Of a DNA stretch of 64,000 nt, positions 36,392-51,000 are shown in pieces. The stretch comes from Fistulifera solaris (taxonomy: Eukaryota): positions 930,001 to 994,000 of the forward strand of contig AP026125.1 in NCBI GenBank assembly GCA_030295235.1, in the 5' to 3' direction. Position 1 is the first letter of the stretch. Each line of letters begins with the position of its first letter. The notes under the pieces were generated by a model, which saw nothing but the letters and a program-made list of their open reading frames with translations, ran no database searches and was not told the DNA's origin. The position numbers and the translations under genes were made by a program.

Positions 36392-39300
36392 ATGACATCC
36401 ATGACGTATGAATTCCCTTTATCGGTAGAAGAGGCTGGAGCGTTGTTAGGGGCGACCATCACGCGGTGCGGCAAGGAGACATTTCCGTTAATTACTCCCC
36501 CAAAGGGGATGCACAGTTCCTTTGCAACAACACTGCCAGTTCCTTCTTCGGAGATCTTGAATCGTCTGTATGATTTAAGAGCACTGCTGCGTTCGTCGCC
36601 CTCCAACGAACCAATGACTGCCGCGCCGTCGCTGTTGGCTGTTCTCATGAAAGTCATCGGTGTTTCGACGTCTTTGGCCGCCGCCGCGGCTCCTTCGAAT
36701 CCAGCCGTTCGGCGACTGGAAACTCCTCCATTATTTTCAACCCCTCTTCGGAAATTATGGGTCGACTGTGTGGTTCTCTGTCACGTGCGAGGGATCGAAT
36801 TGACGGGGACGGCCAAAATTGACACCACCCAATTCACTCGACGCATGCTGGCCTTGGCGACGACCAATCCACGTTCCGCCAAAGCGGCGGGCGGTGTCCG
36901 GATCGCGGCTTTGGAAGTAGTTGAGGCGCTGCTGTGTGATGAAACCAGCCCCAAAATTGCGTCGCAGTTGGCTCCGTGGACCTTGGAAATATTTCAGGTA
37001 TCGCTGAAAGCGTTGCGATCGGCCGGGAACGGCGAACCGACCTATCGAATCGCTGCGGTGCGTATGGCGTGTGCTGCCACGATGGCGTGTCGGCACGCTT
37101 CATTGAAAACGAGAGGATTGCAAGGCAATGAGCGCTTAGTAATACAAGGTGGGATGGAAGACAAAGCCATCCATGAGGCAATAAAGATTTTGAAGCTAGC
37201 AGTGACCGACAAATTTCCCGAAGTACGAAGTGCGGCAACCACATTTGCGGCAGCTCTACCGCCATTCCTATTCCTGGCGAGTGGAGGTGCGGATTTGGCG
37301 TTGACGACCAGTTGCCTGGATGAAGTGATGCATCTTGCCGTGAAGAATATCGATGACGAAGCACCACTGGTATCAGATGGCTGGGCCGACGTACTAGCTC
37401 GATGTATATGCACGGCCCTTCAGTATCACCAACAAAACAAAACGACGACGAGCTCCGATAATCGCGACGAAGCTCCCGAAGGTGACGGACGTTCTAACGC
37501 CACACCGGATGCTGGCAATCGATATGCTTCTCGTAAAACTGTGGGTCTTTCTGCGTCGTTTACCAACATAAAAACCTGTGTCGGATACCTTGTTGATCAG
37601 TTTATCAAAGTGGGTGGAGAGTTAGCCGCGGTTCGCGCTGGTGGTACATTTTCCATTGGGGGTAGAGCTGTTCGAATGGGGTATACACTGGCCATCACAA
37701 AGTTTGTTGGATTACAGTACGAGATGGGTTCTATCGGAGATGGGCGTTTGCTTAGTATCAGAGATCTCATGATTGCTGTTCTTGAGATGGTTGGACCAGA
37801 GGTAGAAAAGCAAGTGCAAGACCCATCCATCACCGAAGGCAGTAGTGGATCTGTTACGCCCCTCTTTGGTGGCTCGCGTACTTGGTCAAGGAGTGATTCA
37901 ATGCTGGTGCGTGTATTTTCTAGCAGAGTTTTGCGACGCGGCCTTGTGGAGCTTGCTCCGGAGCCGGTTCAGATCTCAATCTTGCAAACCATAGTCGACA
38001 TCTTGGGCACATCAGCTTCGGCTGAGAACGGAATTGCCCCCATCCAACTCAACAGCTGTCAAACACAGGTTGTCGTCATTGAAATCAGTCATATTTTAAC
38101 AGCTCTCAAAGATGCTGCTCAGTCCAAAGTCGGAGAAATCACGGAATGCCTGAAGTCGCGCTTGTCTCATGAAGACCTTGCTGTTCGACACGAGGCAGCC
38201 GTTGCGTTGGCATCCCTGACGAATGTTTTCCCCTCGGAAGGTAGAAAGCTTACTTGGGATCTGTTAGATGAGTTTCAGAAACAACATGCGCAGCTTGTGA
38301 CTGTCGCGTCGACGCGCGAGAATGGACCTGAAGGTACTCCTGGTGGGCGCTTTTTCCGACGATCAACGAAGGCTGCAGCGGTGGATCCGACTATTCCTCA
38401 CCAGAGCGCTATCCATGGGATAGCATTGACAACGTCACTGATTATTAAGATGCTCCCTAGTCTTCCTGGAGGTTTACCGGCTACACTATTATCAGCAGCT
38501 CTCGCTGCGGCTGAAGTTCTGATGTCGTGTCGACAGAATGAGGTTCTTTGCTCTTCGTCTCCCGCATCTGTTTGTTTTTGTGTCCGTGCTGGATGTAATA
38601 TCATATCCGGGATTCTCGCGGCTGGGACAGAAGGCATAGATGCGCATATTCCTCTGGTTTTCAAAGCCTGTCAGACTGTTTGCAATCTGGCCAAAGCGGG
38701 CAACAAAGGAGTGGCTCCAGTGCATGACTTGTTTTGCATTGATTCTGTTCTGAGCGCTATTGTTGTTTTTCTTAAGTATAATTCGGAGCTTCTACTTTCG
38801 GTACCCGAGGCTCTCACACAAATTACAATGATGTTAGAAGGCGCATTGACATTGTTCGCTGCCGACGGCCGCTTTGTTACAATTGAGCAATCTCCTCGCG
38901 TGACGATTGCTCTCGACAGCTCGAAAGCGTCCTTACTCGAGGCTTTCGCATGGCTTCCCTCTGGGACATTCCCCATAGCAGCTGACGAGGTTTTTCGCCT
39001 GGCGGCAAGCCAGATAAGAGAAGCTATTGATTGCGACATCACGTGTTCTATCTTACCATCAATGGTCAACCGAGAGGATCAGATTTTGGACGCTAAAACT
39101 TTTTCGAGAGCCAGGCTTGGTGGTCAAGTCGGGGGTCTCTTGATCTGGAGGAAACCTTGATCACGCTTTACGCCGACGTAGCTCTCCACACTGATCGGGA
39201 ATCCATATCCTTACTTTTTGAGCACGATCTCGGAGGTGATCAAGACAATCATAAAAGTACCTTTAGAGGAAGTCAAATTCTTGGAAGAACACTTAGAGCG

Positions 39301-42300
39301 GCACACTCACACAAACCACCGACACCACTTCATGAAGTAGGGACATGGCGCCGACCACTAGATCCTTCCTGTGCGGGAAAAGTTCGCCTGATTGATGCCG
39401 CAATACAGGCCTTTGCAGCCACCTTCGGTCTTAAAAGTGGGTATGAGCAACAGGAAGCAATGGATATGCTCGAATCGTTAGTTCCACCTCTTCTTATGCA
39501 ATTAGCTCGAAGTTTGGGAATGACGGCTGCCTTGACTGATCAGAATTTTCGGTCAAAGGTAAGTTTATTTCGATGATGCAATGAAGACGATGAATCTAAC
39601 TTTATTGCAACTAGGCAAAAGAGGATAGTTCTGCAGTTGAAAACATTACGGCTGTGTTACTTTCCTGTCTGCAGGCACTTCCTCTTCATGACTCCACCCA
39701 TAATATTTCAATTAGGTTGTGTCCTCCGTGGATGAACAAAGCCAAGGATCTTCTTTTGGCTCTGCTCCCTTCACCGTCTACTGTCGTTCGTCGAGCAGCG
39801 GCGGAGGGTCTCGCATTGTTGGCGACTGTTGGCGTTTCAGAAGATGGACATTTTTTGCAGAGTGCCGTTCTCCATTCACTTGACGAGGTAATGCAGGGGA
39901 ATAAACCTGATGGGAAACCTCGTTCGCTTTCATTAGATTCTGTTTCAGCAGCGAGAGCCGGGTCTTTGTTAACCCTAGCCTTCATTCAGCGCACCAACTA
40001 TACCGTGATAAATCGGAAACAACAGCGAGCGATATCTAGAGCAACGAATGAAAGCAGTGAGGTATCCAAGATGGAAAGCAATTTACCAGTGCTTCAAATG
40101 ATGACAAGAATATTGCCATCGGTAGCATGTCATGGAAGACGGGATTACTTTACTGTGAGAACGTGTGCCTTGCACGCCTTCGCCATTCTCGTTACGTATT
40201 CTGGTCGCCTGGACAAGCTCACAGTCGACTCCATGCAATTACTTCGAAAAGGAGTAGAACTCATCGAGGAAAACTTTGCATCCTCTTGGACAGCCTCCTC
40301 AGCAGATTACGACAGAGGACAGGAAGGGGAAAAAATGACTTCTGAGGTGTCTTTCCTCGTTGTGCTTCTTCGCTTTATGACATGTTACCTTCCGTACATC
40401 GAAATTCTCAAAGCCGAAGATCCGAACATAGCTCGTCGCTTCTGCGTTATTGCAACACTGGTGCTTGAACTCCAAGGCTCCCATCCAGCAGTTTTTGCAG
40501 AGGCTATGGCTTTCTTTGAGGTAATGGCTTCCAACTCTCATCTCTTACCACCCCCTGCGATGCAAGTTCTGTATTCTGAGAATCCACTCTATTCTTGCAT
40601 CCCGCGCATCTTGGAGACATTGGTACCACATCGTTCTGGTGTTTTAGCCCCGCACGGTGGTTATTCGACTTCTTCGTGTGCAATGTCACGCGCCGCCATC
40701 TACGCTGCAACGGCCCTCTCAGTCCGACATATTTCCCTTGTTAGATGGACAGATATGAACATTGTTTCGCTATTATTCGCCGCAATGGATTTTGCTTGTT
40801 CCTCGTACCGTTTTCCCCTCGCCGACGCCACCCGCTCCCTTGCGACATGCCGAGAGGTGGAAGAATACTTTTCATGGAAGGATAGCTTCGAGTTAGAGAT
40901 TTCGTCCACGGTCAAGGCCATGTTTTCATCGGAACAGGTGCTGACGAATCAGCCTGTTTTCCATATGCGATGGATACTCTTGTGCCGCGCTATATTAGCT
41001 GGCGGTTCCTCCAAATCAATGCCTGATAATAATGCTGGATACACTCGTCTGTCAGTTGTCAACTCGGCAAACAAACAGGCTTCCGATGATTTTGCGGTGG
41101 TATCGAATTGCGTATCGGCTGTCCGTTGGCAAGTAAAACTCTTGGCGTCAACTTTACTACTTGAAGTGACCAGAGATTTCATCCAAGTATGCACAAAGAT
41201 CGAACCCAACTATCAACAGAATGATCATTTCGACTTTCGAGCAGCAGAGGATCAGTGCCGTCTTGAATGCCAAGACGCGAAGAAAGCAGAACGCTCCGTT
41301 CCTAGCTCCAAGCTGGTCTTTCACTTGGAGGAGCTTATAGCATGTGCATGGATGAACTGTGTAGCGACTGCAGATCATGCTGAACTTTTCCCCATACAAG
41401 AAGTATCTATCCGCTGGCTAAACGAATTGACAAAACCTTTTCATACAGTTCGCGATCCGGACGAGCCGGACTCTAGAATTTTGGAGCAATACTTGACGCA
41501 AATTTTCTCAGCAGTTAAACATGCACTCAGTGCGCACGAAGAAAGCCAGACATCTGGCGCGCGTCGCTTGTTCATCGCTGGTTGCGAATTCTTGGAGACA
41601 ATGTTGTCGAGACAAGTGACTACCGACCCTCTTGTCATAAAGCGTTTACTCAGACCAACTATGATGTTGAATGTTCCTCGTTTTGGATACTTTGATCCGT
41701 ACCCAAAAGACGTAATTAATGCCGTGGTCGAAAAGGAGCACTCTGAGACGCAATCCGCTTTGTTGCCGATTATCGGAAAGCTCTGGATGTCTGGAATGAT
41801 TCTCACAAAACATACAGACCCATTATTTAAAAAGGTGTCGGCCGAGCTTATCAAAGACAATTTCGGCCTCGCTATCCACTCAGCTGCAGCGGCTATCGAT
41901 GGAGCCCGTCTTTTAACCGAAGCGAAAGTTTCCCTTGTTGGATTACCGGTTGCTCTTTCCAATGACATTGGTGAGGTTCCTGGATTTGGTTTCTTTTTAT
42001 TCAAACGCGCCGATAGCATCGACGACTCCGTAAAGAAGAGCCTCGTGCAGCATTGGCCCTCTCTTGCTAGAAGCTCTCTTACAGCGCTCTTGGCAGAATT
42101 AGAATCAAGCGAAAGCAATAAAGAGACAGAGGATATCTGTCTCTCTTGGTTACGTGTACTGATTCCGTTGATCATGCAAGGAAGCTTTGACACCATGACC
42201 GCACTAGAGCCTAATGTTCAAGGCGATGGTCTCGACACGCCAGAATTGTCAACTACTTCACTTAACTTCCGCGACACGCTTGCAAACTGTCTTGGCAGCC

Positions 42301-43523
42301 TGTCACTGATCGCTGGTGCCAATAGTATTACCACGGATTGCTGTGAGACTGTACGGCTAGATGACATCGTAGACCGATTGCGTGCAACGATCATCACGCC
42401 CTTTCTTGAAACTGTTGCCCAAAAGAACAATAAAGATCAGAAACAGGTGTTGGATGAAGAAGTACTGGCTGAAACTAGCAAGCTACTTTTGATCCTGTGT
42501 TCCTCGGAGTCCGAAATTATGACAACAGATGCTCCCCTGGTTGCATCTATTCTCGCACCACTAAAATACGTCCAGGACGGACTTTTGTCTTGGGATCAGA
42601 GTTTAATCGGGGATCTTGTGATTTCAAGTTTCAGATGTGCAACTGCTTTGATTAAAACTGGAAGAGTAAATGACATTTTTGTCAAGACACTGCTCCACTT
42701 TGTTTCGAACGAAATATCACAATTGAGAAGTAACTCTGAATCCGTGGCAAACTCAGCATCTGATCTTGTCCGAGCATGTATGGAGTGCCAACTTATTTCG
42801 CTTCCTCAAAAAAGCGCTTTAGCGGAAAGCTTTGCTGCGAGCGAAAACTGGGAACCATGGGAAGTGTGTGCATCAGTAGAGAATGGTAGCGTTGTTGCGG
42901 GAAGCCTGAAGATTGTCAAGGAAAAGTTAAAAGACTTCACAAATCCCCCGTCGCAGTTAGCAGCGGTAACTGCGTTGAGAAATGCATTCCTTGACCCCTT
43001 GGTCAAAAATGATTTAAAAGGGTTGTTGTTTCATGAGCTCGGAGGTTGTGTAGCCAGTATTTTCAATGAGTTTGGTTCTCACAGTGGTTTGGATATGGAC
43101 GACACGGTTCGATCTGGTCTCTTCGCTGCTTCCATGAAGATTTTACTGATTGCTTACCAGCAGCTGTCGGATGATGGTGATGAATCGATGTCAACGTTTC
43201 TAGCCCTGTTCTTCAAAGCTCAACTTGGTGCTTTGCGGTGCAATGGACTTCCAAATCATCCTACTGCGACACCAGGTGGAAATCCTATTCTAGGACGCAT
43301 GTGCGCGCAGTCTATTTTGCATATTGCTAAAACAACACCGCTTCCATTCAAAGAGACAATTTCCAGGTTCGCTGAACACGATCGCGCCTTGCTCGAATTT
43401 TCCGTGCGAGCGGAGATGAATGGATATGCAACAGCTAGCTCTCACGTGCAACCAGAAGAAAAGAAGAAAAAGCTAAGTATCCAAGGCTTCCAAAAAATAA
43501 GTCGAATGAATCGGAATTTTTAA
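36392..43523 (+). CDS. HEATR5: Large HEAT-repeat protein, HEATR5/Laa1/SWEETIE-like AP-1 accessory factor
   Basis: About 2300 aa of alpha-solenoid; DKFPEVRSAA, VRHEAAVALASL, VRRAAAEGLALLA, VRWQVK, LEQYLTQIFSAVKHA; indel ~39135; intron 39559-39614. Confidence 0.75.
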
Positions 43524-43916
43524 CTAGCTAGCAATAACGTTATAAAGAGATAGATGTTGTTTCGAATTTTGTATGCATGGGACAAATGTCGCTACCAGAT
43601 AGTCCGAGTTTTCGGTTATTATCAAACCAGTCAATGGTCAAGGATCGCCTTAGATCGCGTTAACGTGTAGTCGACATCACCTTAAGCGGACCAAGGACGC
43701 ACCGGAGAACAATGAATCTACATTTTACTGGACAGTCACAAGAACGCAAAAAGATACGCAATCCGAAGAACAAAGAAAAAGAAAAGCCATTGATGCTGAA
43801 TAACCGAGGGTCGAAAGATATTGCTATCAAACCTAATTACGGAGTACTCCGTATAACCATATACTTTGCATTAACGCCTCATTCGATCAACGGTAACGAT
43901 CTGTCAGTATCTACCC

Positions 43917-44632
43917 ATGAAGATCTTTTTAGTTTTCCTCGCTGCTAGCCTCGGATCGGCATCCGCCTTTCAAGCGACCACCAAAGCGAACAAACAGGTA
44001 TCCGAGTTGAAGGCGTTCGAAGATGAAATTGGCGCTCAAGCTCCCCTTGGCTTCTTCGATCCGTTGGGCTTGGTTGCTGATGGAGAAGAGTCCAAGTTTA
44101 ACCGCTTACGCTTCGTCGAGCTGAAACACGGCCGCATTTCGATGTTGGCCATTGTGGGCCATCTCGTGACGACCGGAAACGTGCGGTTGCCGGGAGATAT
44201 TGATTTTCATGGCACTTCATTCGCTGATATTCCCTCTGGATTAGCGGCTCTTGAAAAGATTCCGCCTGCTGGAATCGCCCAGATTGTCGCCTTTATTGGA
44301 TTTCTTGAGCTGTTCGTCATGAAAGATGTTCTAGGAAGCGGTGAATTTGTTGGTGCGTTGAATCTGTTTGATTCTTCTTTTCAAAGTCTGTAATTTTCCC
44401 ATCGCGCGCGCCTCACATTTTCTTTATTTTGACAGGTGATTTTCGCAATGATTTCTTTGACCTGGGATGGGATAAATTTTCTCCCGAGGAGCAAGAACGT
44501 AAACGGGCGATTGAATTGAACAACGGTCGTGCTGCGCAAATGGGAATTCTTGCCTTGATGGTTCACGAAAAACTAGACGGAAATCCTTACGTGATCAACT
44601 CACTGCTTGGCTATCCGGTCGACTTTAACTAG
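43917..44632 (+). CDS. Lhcf: Fucoxanthin-chlorophyll a/c light-harvesting protein (Lhcf)
   Basis: ASA-F presequence, GAQAPLGFFDPLGL, RLRFVELKHGRISMLA, ELNNGRAAQMGILALMVHE; intron 44353-44435. Confidence 0.97.
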
Positions 44633-44855
44633 GTTCTCGGCTTAAATAATGAAGATGATGTGAACAGCATTAGTAATTAAATACAGTAGCGGCCTAATCA
44701 CAATACAGACACATCTTTCCGTCTCTCGAAGCTAATATTTTATGTCTGTCGTTAGTTCCAATAGAGGCTTTGGAGATGGTTGACTGATAATGAACGTCAA
44801 CTCATAGCTCCGAGCTCTCACTAGTCTAAGAAGTCAACGCAAAGCATCGTTCTTT

Positions 44856-44915
44856 TCTCATGACTGAAATCCAGTCAGGGTGGTGACGTAAGACAACACT
44901 TTGGGCCTATACTCA
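44856..44915 (+). repeat. Copy of the dispersed intergenic repeat head
   Basis: CTCATGACTGAAATCCAGTCAGGG...GACAACACTTTGGGCCTATA matches the 35941 copy. Confidence 0.75.
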
Positions 44916-45278
44916 CGGCTCGCGGCCTTGAATGACGATGGATTTGGACAACAAAACTGCCGAACAGGCACGACGACTCGCTCGCACTGAAGGCCGTTCG
45001 CATTCTGTTTGAGTAAAGAGAAATATCTGTTTGGTCGTCTATTGTGAGGAGACATACGACTTTGGTTTACTGTTAATCCAGCAAACGTGGAGTGTTCTTC
45101 ATTGACTATATTCCCTGCGAACATTTTGTGAGACGTGGCCACTTTGGGGCATACCAGTGGTCGACACTCTTCCGCAATTCTTCGTTCGTCCACCATTGTT
45201 GTCGCTTGTTAACTCGAAAACATCAGCGTGGTGAAGGGGATTGCCTTTACATTTGCTTCAGATTGGTAAAAGAAAAAT

Positions 45279-46643
45279 ATGAGAGCCATGATTTGCTCCA
45301 ACGTAATGCTTCGAGTGGCACAGAAAAACTCTTGCAGATGGCTATCGTCGTCATCGGCTGCTGCCATTGAGGATCTACCTCTGCAGTTTCTGCGTGCTTC
45401 GGACCCAGCCAATTTCGATAAAGACACATTTCAACGCAAGGATGTTGTCTTTGACAAATCGAGCGGAAAGCCGCTCATTACGTCGACATTAAAAACTCCT
45501 TTCATGCGAGAGTATTCTTTGCACGGCGAGTCGTACAAAGTGGTTTGGGATGACGGCGTCGTTTCGGAGTACCAAAGATCCTGGGTCAAGAAACAGCTTG
45601 ATCTGTGGGGAAAAAGTGACATCCAAAGAGTTATGTGGAATGATTTAACCGAAGACAGAGTCCGAACTTCTAAGGATTTATCGATGGGCTTTGAAGAGGT
45701 TTTGACTAGCAATGGACAAGCAAAGGCTCTAAAAGCTCTCTACCAATATGGGATTTTGTTAGTGACTAATACTCCGATCGACGATCGTTGCTCTGGAAGC
45801 GTGGCAACAGTCGCGTCGGCGCTAGGGGGCGGTGCCAAGAAGGATGATACGTCGGTTTTGAACAACTATCTAAAAGGCCAAAATTATGATCGATTGGAAG
45901 GCGTAGTGGACGGACCACTCCGAACTTTGTATGGTACGGTTTGGTCGACGTCGACATCCGATCAATCCGCGGGTGCAAGTACAGCTGATTCTGCTTACGG
46001 CAATGAATCGCTGCCCCTTCATACCGATATGACGTACATACGAGATCCTCCAGGCTTACAAATCTTCACCATGGTCCGACCTGCAACTACTGGAGGAGAA
46101 AGTCTGTTTGGCGATGGTTTTGCCGCAGCAGAAAAGCTTCGATCCGTCGATCCCACGTCGTTCCGCGTACTCTCCGAGTTGCCTCGTAGATACCGATGTG
46201 TTGATCGTGTGTCTGGTTGGCATTTGGAAGCGTCGGGGCCTGTGATCGCTTTGAATTATGGCAGAGTGGTTGGTATTCGCCATAACGACCTCGATCGACT
46301 CCCTGATCTTCCACCCGAAGGTGTTGAAGACGTCGACGAATTTTATAAGACGGTTAATAGAGCTCATCAAGCGTGGGACAAAATCCTGGCGTCGGATGAT
46401 ATCCGTCTGATTTTACGTCTCCAGGCTGGGGAGACTGCCATAGTGGCGAATCAGGTATGAGAGACTTTGTCACGAAGGAAAAATTTCTATTATCTTTTCT
46501 CACTCTCTTCTTCTTTACAGCGGTGCTTCCATGGCAGGCTTGGTTTCAGTCTTGATGGGTATTCGAGTCGAGTTATTAAGGGCTGCTATGTCAGCCAAGA
46601 TGAATTTGAATCCAGGCTTCGATGGGAGGGATATCATGTTTAA
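45279..46643 (+). CDS. Gamma-butyrobetaine/trimethyllysine dioxygenase (TauD/TfdA family)
   Basis: AYGNESLPLHTD (HxD), PPGLQIF, GGESLFGDGF, NQRCFHGR after intron 46456-46520. Confidence 0.88.
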
Positions 46644-47269
46644 GTTGGTAGGAAAAGAAACACAGTTTGCGTAAACGACAAAGAATCGTCGAACGCTGCC
46701 GAGGCTCTCAGGTCTGAGGTCACAAAAATCCCTTGGTGATGATGATTATTTGGAATGAATTTTCATGTCCTGAGCTCTGAAAGGTGAAAGAAAGGTGAAA
46801 TAAATTGTGCACAGCTCGCAGAGAAGGAAGTGTCACACGAACGCGGAATTTGGCTGCTGGCTGCACAGTGCACAGTGTCTACTTATCCTTGTATTGTCCT
46901 TTATGTTTATGAGTACTTACAGTAGGAAACAGGGAATACAGAACAGAGAAAAAGTGCACAGACAGTAATGATAAAAACACTTAACTAAATGACTATGGCT
47001 TGTTTAGAGGGATTTCGGAATAGTACCTTTAAGTGACGTTTTCATCTCCTAACTACTCATGTATTGGCCACTAACAAAATGTCCGCGCCTTCAGCTTCCG
47101 CACGCCGGGCTCGTCATCTGTCGCCTTCAATCATTTTGATCTTTGACGTTCCTGTCTATTTCTGAGATCTACCGCGAAACAAGAAACAAAAAGCCTCGTC
47201 TCCTTTTTCGCAACATCTTTCACGAACCAAACTCCTTCATCTCACTTTTGTCACCAAGAAGAAGGAAAC

Positions 47270-47900
47270 ATGATTCATTTCAGAAAATGTTCGACCCGTT
47301 CGCTTATAACGAGCACTATTAAGTCGAAAGAGAATGAGGACAACGGAGTCGACAAAATGGCAGGAAAGACTTCCGATAGTCATCAACCCTTCCCAAACCA
47401 TCGCTGTAAGCCAAATGGGAGCAAGCGCCACGGTAAAGACGACGAGAAATGGAAGAAGAATAAGAAGATTATCGATAGCTTCATGAAGAAACTCACACCT
47501 TTAGTACGCAAGGACTTATCGTTGAATGTAGACGGCCTGGCCTTTTTTGCATTTAAAAAGTTCATCGTTGTCGTTGAAGTGGCAGCCGACAACCCCGAAA
47601 CTTGTTTCATCTACACAATGGTATGCAGACTCGGAGCAAATGATAATCAAACAGAAGTTTTGAAGTTTGCCATGAGGCTTAATTACATGCAAGGGGGGGA
47701 CGAGAGGCGCTACGATCGGCTTGGATGGCGAGGAAGTCAATCTTTGTTACTCCTGCCACATTTCTGGTCTCTCATTCTGCGACTTTAAGGCCTCTCTCGA
47801 CGACTTCTTGCAGACTGCCTTAGAAGTCAACGGGCAACTTGACGCTATGAAAGGCCGCGATCAGATGGACGTGACTGATAAGTCTTATTCTTCAATATGA
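47270..47900 (+). CDS. CesT/Tir-chaperone (type III secretion chaperone-like) domain protein
   Basis: LSLNVDGLAFF, AMRLNYMQG + TRGATIGLDGEEVNLCYS..F..SLDDFLQTA after correcting an indel in the G run at ~47695. Confidence 0.65.
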
Positions 47901-48002
47901 CGATTCACTTTACATTGATTCATAGATTAATTGATATGGCTATATATCTTATATTGGTACACCAGTGGTTCGTGCTTTAAGTTTAGCTATTCGCAATTAG
48001 TT

Positions 48003-51000
48003 CTAAGGAGAAGGCGGAGACTTGCTTCGTCCTCGGCTTCTCCTGCTTTTCTTTTTCTTGCTCCGTTCTCTTTCACGACTGCGACTTCTGCTACGACTTC
48101 GCTTCCGATCTCTATCCCACTCATCATCCGCCCGTCGGCCACGACCGCGAGTGTCTTCATACTCCCAGCGATGACTTCCACTTCGTCCTTGCAAGGATCG
48201 TTCACGAGAATCTTCCATGTCTCGGCGCGATCGTCGTTCTTCACCCTCTCGTAGCTTCTGGAAGACCGATGGCCGCGGTCGCGATCGTAGTCCCCATAGC
48301 GATCGTAGCCATCCCGATCGTATCCGTCCCGATAACGATCGTCGCGATGCCAATCATGGGGTGCTCCGTAGTGATCATACCCTCTCGGCGGGCGATCATA
48401 ATCAGGAGGGGGTCTATGATAGTCCGGTGGTGGCCGATCTGCAGAATGACCCGGGCGAGAAGCGTGGCGATCTGAGCCGCTTGAGTTAGGTGCGCATGTG
48501 CAATAGCGTGGCCGATACCCACACTTCACGCAACGGTCATTGTTGGATGTCACCTGTTGCGTCGGTGGCTGCGACGTGGGCAGACGACCCGTAATGTTCG
48601 TTGCACCAACAGAGTTGCTCATAGCAATCTTGACTGCTCGGCCACACACTTCGTGATTCACGTTTGACTCTAGCACCTGTTTTGCGATACGTTCCGGCAT
48701 GGCAACAAAACCAAAACCGCGAGATCGGCCCGAGTCTCTCTCAGTCGGTATATGGCACTCCAGAACGTTGCCCTCGCCGTATAGTCCGGAAAAATAATCA
48801 TAGAGATCAGACGGAGTAGTCGTGTAGGAAAGATTTCCAATGTGCAATTTTAAAGCCGGTGGTCTATCTTTTCCTGCATTTGTGTCTTTGTCTTTTCCTC
48901 TTTTGCGATTGCGTTTTTTTGTTTCGAGGCGATTTGCTTACCGCCTCGCCATTTCCACTTTCCTTCGCATCTTTCGGCACTGTAGATTCCATATCGCGAT
49001 CATCATCTTCCCCCATAATTACGTCGAAATTGAGATCAGCCAGCTGCTTCTCTAGATCGGGCGAAAGTATATTGTCAGCTGACAGCCCCTTAGCTGATGT
49101 TTTGAGTGCCCTAACATGTCCGTCGTATAACGAGAGAACACAACTATCCGCACCCATCGAGTAAAATCGCTGTTCGATTTCAACAGCGGTCGTGTATGCA
49201 TGGGAGTCAAAGAACGTTTGCCAGCCCACTCCCTTTGATTGTGGAACATCGCTGTCGCTTTTGGAAGACGATTCTTCTTGACTTTCCGTCATTTCATTAC
49301 TTGGTGCCTTCGTCGACAGGTTAATACCCGCATAATGCCCTTTGAGACCGTTTTCTAAATTACTCAATAGCTTTTCTAGCTTTCTTGAAAAGATAAACTC
49401 AAGATATCGTAATAGAATCATTTGATGGCGCGGTGAAATCGGAATCCTCGCCCCAGATGGAATTGAAAGCGTCTTCTCAACTTGACTAGCCGGCATCGTA
49501 GTTACGACTGCAGCCGTTAGGAAAACCGGATCGTAAGATCCATCATTGTATACGGTAGTTGTCAACTTCTTTCCGCTTTTAAGAAGCTCAACAAACGATT
49601 CTCCGGCGGCGGCCAAAGCTTCTCTCTGGAGCAGCTTTAATCTACTACTTTTCCACCATGCATTTACCTTTTCTTCATCGCTGGATTCAAACACAAAGTC
49701 GGCGTCGATGCCAGGTTCTAGCGGGAGATCAGGTGGAGGAGGCACATCTCCTACACCATCCTGTAATCCCCATCCCATCCGCAAGGTATCACTCGGGTTG
49801 TTCATCATTGTGAAGCCGTATTGCAGAAGAAGATCAGTGTTTCCCGAAAGTCCGTAGCACGTGAATATCTCGGAGCCTTTCCGTACTTTTGTGTGTACTA
49901 TGGCGCGAGGAACGCGTGCTTCCTCCGCCGTAGAGCCCTCTGAATCATCAATCAATGCTCCAGAGGATACTGGCGGTTTCCAGGTTACTTGATTGCCTTC
50001 TACCTCGTGGTTCAGCATATCCAGCAGTGGAACCATTACACCCAGTTCACTCCAGAGCTCTGCAGGACTTTGAAATTCTTTTGGATTCACAGGAGCAAAC
50101 GAAGAAATGTCACAATGATCATCAATGTACAAAGATGCCGGAAGTGATCGAGACGAAATGACGGCAGCAGCCCAAACCCATCTCTCAAACGTGAGCAGTC
50201 CCTTCGGAAAAACGTTGGGAAAGCGATCGAGTATGCCCGCGTTAACGAGCGCCAAAAACTCGTTCGCTAATTGAACTGTGTTTGTCGCAACGTCCTGTAA
50301 AACAGGCAGTCCAGGAAGACACCCTGTGAGAAGTGCCAATTCGTTCCTCTTCCAACAGAGCGGAATCGCGACAGATGATGGAAGTGTCCGCGCATAAGGA
50401 GCAAACGTTTCTGCACATCCAGGGGGCGAATCAATTATTATTGAATTTTTCAATGCGTTGTCTGTGTCATCCATAATTGCCGAGAAATCATGTTGAGAAA
50501 CGAATGGTCGTTCTTGATCGGAAAATCGCTGGTGGATGAGGAAAGCCATAAGTGGAGCACGCGTCGATATTACTCCAGGTTCAGCCAACGTGAAACCCTC
50601 TGAATTTTCCTCTGAAGCTTTTTTGAAACATAGTCTCAGCTTTCTTTCTCTCTTGCAAAATTTTGACCAGAATTTGCGGGGCGTTGTTTCGAGGTATTTT
50701 GCTGCTAACTCGGTTAATACACTCGCGTGTGTTTTCAAAAACATCCCAGAAGCCATTTTTCTCTGGGATGGGCTTACAGCAGGCTAGAATAGCCTTCCCC
50801 GCATCACTCGAAGCAACTAAATCCGGAGTTATCATGGCTCCTCTGGGTATCCTCATAATAGTTTCATCTTGCTTAATCTCCCGCACTGCACGTATTTGAC
50901 ACCCTAGCGTCCTATCATAGAGCGCTTGATCTCCTTCTCTATCAATAACACCTAAACGTCCCTTAGCAGTGACTTCTTTCGACGCATCCGGTGCCGCTTC

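Noticed and set aside
36755..43006. Antisense ORFs within HEATR5 and other long genes
   Set aside because: Shadow ORFs of real coding frames with no recognisable motifs.
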